Of a stretch of 64,000 bases of DNA, positions 60,461 through 64,000 are shown piece by piece. Positions within the stretch are counted from its first letter, which is position 1. The number at the start of each line of letters is the position of its first letter. Origin of the DNA: Nitrospirota bacterium (GTDB lineage Bacteria; Nitrospirota; Nitrospiria; Nitrospirales; NS-4); assembly GCA_005877815.1 (NCBI GenBank), contig VBOG01000107.1, forward strand, positions 51,437 through 115,436, written 5' to 3'. Below the pieces are notes generated by a model. That model worked only from the letters and a program-made list of their open reading frames with translations. It was not told the DNA's origin and ran no database searches. The position numbers and the translations under genes are program-made.

Positions 60461-61462
60461 TTAATAATAGGTCGCGAGCTGGATGACTTGCTGGACGCTG
60501 CGAAGGTCGAAATGGCCAGCCTCGGCGAAGATCATGAGATGCGAGAGGGTTTCTTCATGCGGCTTCTGCTCGTGATAGTACCGCGGGTGGGTCATGCTTT
60601 CATAGACGTCGGCGACCGCAAGGATGCGGGCAAATTCACCGAGGGGCGGGCCCTTTTTCTTCGCCGGATACCCCATCCCATCCAACCGCTCATGGTGATC
60701 CAGCACTGCCTCAATGACCGCTTCCGGAATCCCCGGCGTGAGATTGAGAACATCCGCGCCGTACTCCGGATGGCGCTGCAGGAGATCGTGATCCTCCTGG
60801 GTCAAATTTAATTTCGTGAGCACGTCCTCCGGGATGCGCGCGTGTCCGATATCGTGCATGACAGCCGCCGTGCCGAGATCCATCAGCCGCTCATCAGAAA
60901 ATCTCCGCATGATGCCCATGGACAGGACCATCTTGGCAATGTTGACGCAATGCGCAAAGGCAAACCGGTCGGCTTCCTGCACTTTGGCGAGATGTTTCAA
61001 CCCCACCGGTTTTTTTGCGAGCGACACGATGATTTCATTGACCAGCTTCATCACGCGGTCGACGTTGATCGCTTTTCCCGCCCTGGCGAGGGCCATGCTC
61101 TCCTGTACCGTAGACTCCGCTTCACGCTGGAGTTTCGCGGCCGTCTCTAACCGCGCCTGATAGTCATCGTCCTTGGGCTCGGGTTCCTTCTCTTCGAACG
61201 GCGCGATTTCCGCGTAGACCGCTCCGCAGGATTGGAGCTTATACAGCTCATTCTGGGTGCGAATCATCATGCCGGGACCGTCGAACATGCTGCTAAAGAC
61301 GCAGGGCCTGTCCAGCGAATAGATCGTCATCCCGATGCGAAGGCGCAGGGCAAGGATTTTCTGTTTCTCTCGTGTATCGGCGTTCAGAGGCGTTAGTCTC
61401 CCAGGTCCGTGGCTGGCCCCTATTTTATCCTGTCTTTTCCGTACGTCAAGACTCTTCGACAT
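60461..61462 (-). CDS. HD-GYP c-di-GMP phosphodiesterase family protein
   Basis: MHDIG, HHERLDGMGYP, ILAVADVYESMT; start uncertain. Confidence 0.88.
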   Translation of the reverse strand: MSKSLDVRKRQDKIGASHGPGRLTPLNADTREKQKILALRLRIGMTIYSLDRPCVFSSMFDGPGMMIRTQNELYKLQSCGAVYAEIAPFEEKEPEPKDDDYQARLETAAKLQREAESTVQESMALARAGKAINVDRVMKLVNEIIVSLAKKPVGLKHLAKVQEADRFAFAHCVNIAKMVLSMGIMRRFSDERLMDLGTAAVMHDIGHARIPEDVLTKLNLTQEDHDLLQRHPEYGADVLNLTPGIPEAVIEAVLDHHERLDGMGYPAKKKGPPLGEFARILAVADVYESMTHPRYYHEQKPHEETLSHLMIFAEAGHFDLRSVQQVIQLATYY

Positions 61463-61467
61463 TAAAG

Positions 61468-63042
61468 CTAAAAGACGATGGTGTACTGGAGGCGGGCCCG
61501 GTTCTCGATCAACGAGACATTGCCACCGACGTCCGCGCCGCCCAAACGCGTCGTGATGACGCCGTAATCGAACTGCAGCTTATTCTCGTGACCATTGAAA
61601 TACCAGTTTAGCCCGCCAACCGTGGAGGTGATCATGTCATGCCCCAGTTGGGTGTCGGGATCCATCGAGCCGTAGCGACCCACGACCTCCAACTTCGTCG
61701 GAATGAGAAAATATCCCCCCTGAACATAGTAGCCGGTGGCATTCCCGACACGGTGCGCGGACTCTCGCGTGTCCACGTTCCGAACAAAACCCTCCGCCTG
61801 GAGCGACAGGCCCTTGTACTTGAACACGAAATCAAGGCCTGTGGTGCCGATATTCACTACGCCTTGATTCAGCAAGCGCCCGTTCCCCAACGACGCAATG
61901 GCCGTGGAAACTTGGTTGCTGCTGCCTGCACCAGTGGTATTCGTCTGTAGACCGCCGTTGTACCCATAGCTCGCGCCGACCGCCAATTGCGGTGTTTGTG
62001 AATTCTTCAAGTCGCCTTCCGGGTACCCCGGCTTGCCCAGCAGATCCGCGGTGATTCTGCCGACATACATCAGTTCATTCGCATTGCCGGGAGTATTCAA
62101 GCCAAGTCTATTGATGTTAATGCCCACCCCGTTGAACACCCCCATCGCGTAATTGATGGGGTATTTTGTCTGATCGCTGAAAAATGTCACGCCCTGATCG
62201 CGGCGATCAATCACATTAGGGACGAAGGCCTCCGCGACGAAATTCCGATCCACAAACTGCAGGAAGGCGGAACTTTGAAACTCCTGGCGACCAAAGTGCG
62301 TCCGAAATTGCCCGATCCGCAAATTCGCCCAGGGGATCTGTTTCAGTGTTAGATAGGCATCGTAGAGTTGCGCCGTAGAACGGGACCCACCTTGCTGCGT
62401 CGTCGCATCGTTCGTATCGCTCCGGAACTGAACGAAGTATTCAGTCTCCGGATTAAAGGCAAAACCCTCGAACACCAACCGGACGCGGTGCACGCCGAAC
62501 ACATCCACGCTCTCGCCGTGCTTCAACGGCGTAATCGCGCCTGTCGAAGAGACCAACGGAAAATTCTTGCTATCGCCAATCGTATTGTAGGCGGTGTTGA
62601 AGTGGCTGTCGGTGAACCGCGGTTGTATCCGGAGACGGATTTTCAAGCGAAACGTGTCCTTGAACTGCGTATAGATTCCCCGATCATAGCCGAATTTGAT
62701 ACCCTTCCCGAGATCCACCGTCGTATCGGAATCAGGCGTTTTGGCTGGGTCTGCCTTTGCGGTTGGCTGTTGCGCCTCTGACGGCTTCGCCGCAGCTGGC
62801 TGGCCCGTCGAGGTATCCGGCACGACCGGCGGCTGCGATCCCCCCGGCGCCCGCTCAGCATCGCGAATCGCCTCGTCATACTCAGACTGCGTAATGATGC
62901 CTTTTTTCAGCAAGAATTTGAGGGCCGCGTCAGCCGCGACGGCGGGATCCCAGAGAACCAGAATGACGCCTGCCGCAAGAAGAGCGGCCGTCCATCGTTC
63001 CCGCGCGCGCCTCACCTGTCCCGCAAACGTCACGTGTGCCAT
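61468..63042 (-). CDS. phosphate-selective porin OprO/OprP-like
   Basis: Signal peptide, LLKKGIITQSEY N-domain, RVRLVFEG, GLNWYFNGH, C-terminal Phe. Confidence 0.8.
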   Translation of the reverse strand: MAHVTFAGQVRRARERWTAALLAAGVILVLWDPAVAADAALKFLLKKGIITQSEYDEAIRDAERAPGGSQPPVVPDTSTGQPAAAKPSEAQQPTAKADPAKTPDSDTTVDLGKGIKFGYDRGIYTQFKDTFRLKIRLRIQPRFTDSHFNTAYNTIGDSKNFPLVSSTGAITPLKHGESVDVFGVHRVRLVFEGFAFNPETEYFVQFRSDTNDATTQQGGSRSTAQLYDAYLTLKQIPWANLRIGQFRTHFGRQEFQSSAFLQFVDRNFVAEAFVPNVIDRRDQGVTFFSDQTKYPINYAMGVFNGVGININRLGLNTPGNANELMYVGRITADLLGKPGYPEGDLKNSQTPQLAVGASYGYNGGLQTNTTGAGSSNQVSTAIASLGNGRLLNQGVVNIGTTGLDFVFKYKGLSLQAEGFVRNVDTRESAHRVGNATGYYVQGGYFLIPTKLEVVGRYGSMDPDTQLGHDMITSTVGGLNWYFNGHENKLQFDYGVITTRLGGADVGGNVSLIENRARLQYTIVF

Positions 63043-63104
63043 TCGTACGGCTCCCTTCATTATTATGTTTGCTAACTTAATAAAGTTAAGTGCACCATAA
63101 GAGC

Positions 63105-64000
63105 CTATTGCTCACGACCGGCGCGGTCTGGGCGATTTCCCGACGAGGCCGAAAGAGCCGGGGGCGCCTCTGTTTCCAAAGCCGCCGGCCTCTGCGTGGT
63201 AAAAAAGATGTATAAGAGGTAGATGTCTATTACAATCGCTATCGCCATGAGGGTATACGCCCATGGACTCTGGATCAATTTCAGATCGATCAGCACGCGG
63301 GAGAGCCCAAAACCGACCACCCAGACGTCAAAACTCATGCAGATGCGACGAAATGTTTCGGGATCGAGTCGTCTAATGACGTATGCTCCAAGCGGAATGC
63401 CAAGCAGCACGCTCGGCACAATCGTCGAGAAAATGCCCTCGCTCTCCGCCGTAAACAGGCCCAGGTAGTAATACACAATGGCGGTCAAGCTGGACTCAGC
63501 GACACGGATCAATCCGAGGCCGGCCCGAAACTCTCTTTTGACAAGGCCCTGATTGTTGAACAACACCGCGAGCGGCGGACCGGAAACCGTGGTGACGGAA
63601 TACAGGAAGCCCAGCCCCGTCCCGAAAGGCACGCCAATGAGATGTTCCGATCGAATCGGCCTTCGAATCCCCGCGGCCTGAATGAGGATCAGCGGCAGAA
63701 GAAACGCGTACGTGACAAATTTGATCCAGCCCGGATGGAGCGAGGCGAGAAGGTAACTGCCGACGGCGATGCCAGGCAATAGCCCAATGAGAATTGGATA
63801 GATCCTCTTCCAGACCGCCGGAATGCTCTCTCGATTGATAAACAGAACATACACATTGATAAAGACTTCGATGAGAACCAGAGCCGGGTTCAGGATCCGA
63901 TTGGTATAGAAAATGAGCGCGACCGGGACGGTGAGCGATGAAAAGCCATACCCCAGCGCTCCATTCACAAACGCGGCGAGAAAGGTGATCCCCAGAAGGA
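63105..64000 (-). CDS. TauE/SafE family exporter (5' end outside window)
   Basis: AAFVNGALGYGFS, TTVSGPP, hydrophobic throughout. Confidence 0.82.
   Translation of the reverse strand, partial: LLGITFLAAFVNGALGYGFSSLTVPVALIFYTNRILNPALVLIEVFINVYVLFINRESIPAVWKRIYPILIGLLPGIAVGSYLLASLHPGWIKFVTYAFLLPLILIQAAGIRRPIRSEHLIGVPFGTGLGFLYSVTTVSGPPLAVLFNNQGLVKREFRAGLGLIRVAESSLTAIVYYYLGLFTAESEGIFSTIVPSVLLGIPLGAYVIRRLDPETFRRICMSFDVWVVGFGLSRVLIDLKLIQSPWAYTLMAIAIVIDIYLLYIFFTTQRPAALETEAPPALSASSGNRPDRAGREQ

Noticed and set aside
1-64000. CRISPR arrays, rRNA, transposases, prophage, defence systems
   Set aside because: None recognised by eye; no intergenic gap is long enough for an array.

Overview
About 60% GC bacterial chromosomal segment. 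Gene content points to Nitrospira/Nitrospirota (inferred from the bd-like oxidase/Rieske-cytb/EBDH-gamma-like respiratory cluster). From left to right: housekeeping genes (clpC partial, nadK, FprA-like reductase, fumC, gltA), a collapsed adenylate-cyclase-like pseudogene, ArsC family, HU, delta-9-type desaturase, RRM protein, tRNA-Thr, a caspase-fold lipoprotein lacking its catalytic dyad, and ubiA. Next come a 12-kb respiratory operon, a hopanoid/MEP/Mla region (hpnH ... tRNA-Cys, ispG, dxs, barrels, mlaCDFE, hpnG, shc) and smc. These are followed by a 13.6-kb co-directional lipid gene cluster: oleABCD, a B12-radical SAM enzyme, fabF, ACP, two CrtI-like FAD oxidoreductases, fabG, fabZ, fabI and a ChaN-like gene. 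The window ends with HD-GYP, a porin and TauE (partial). The ole plus dedicated type II FAS plus desaturase-like plus radical SAM cluster is the best candidate for an undescribed pathway making a modified long-chain hydrocarbon. No CRISPR array, rRNA or mobile element was seen. All calls come from motif recognition by eye, without database searches.
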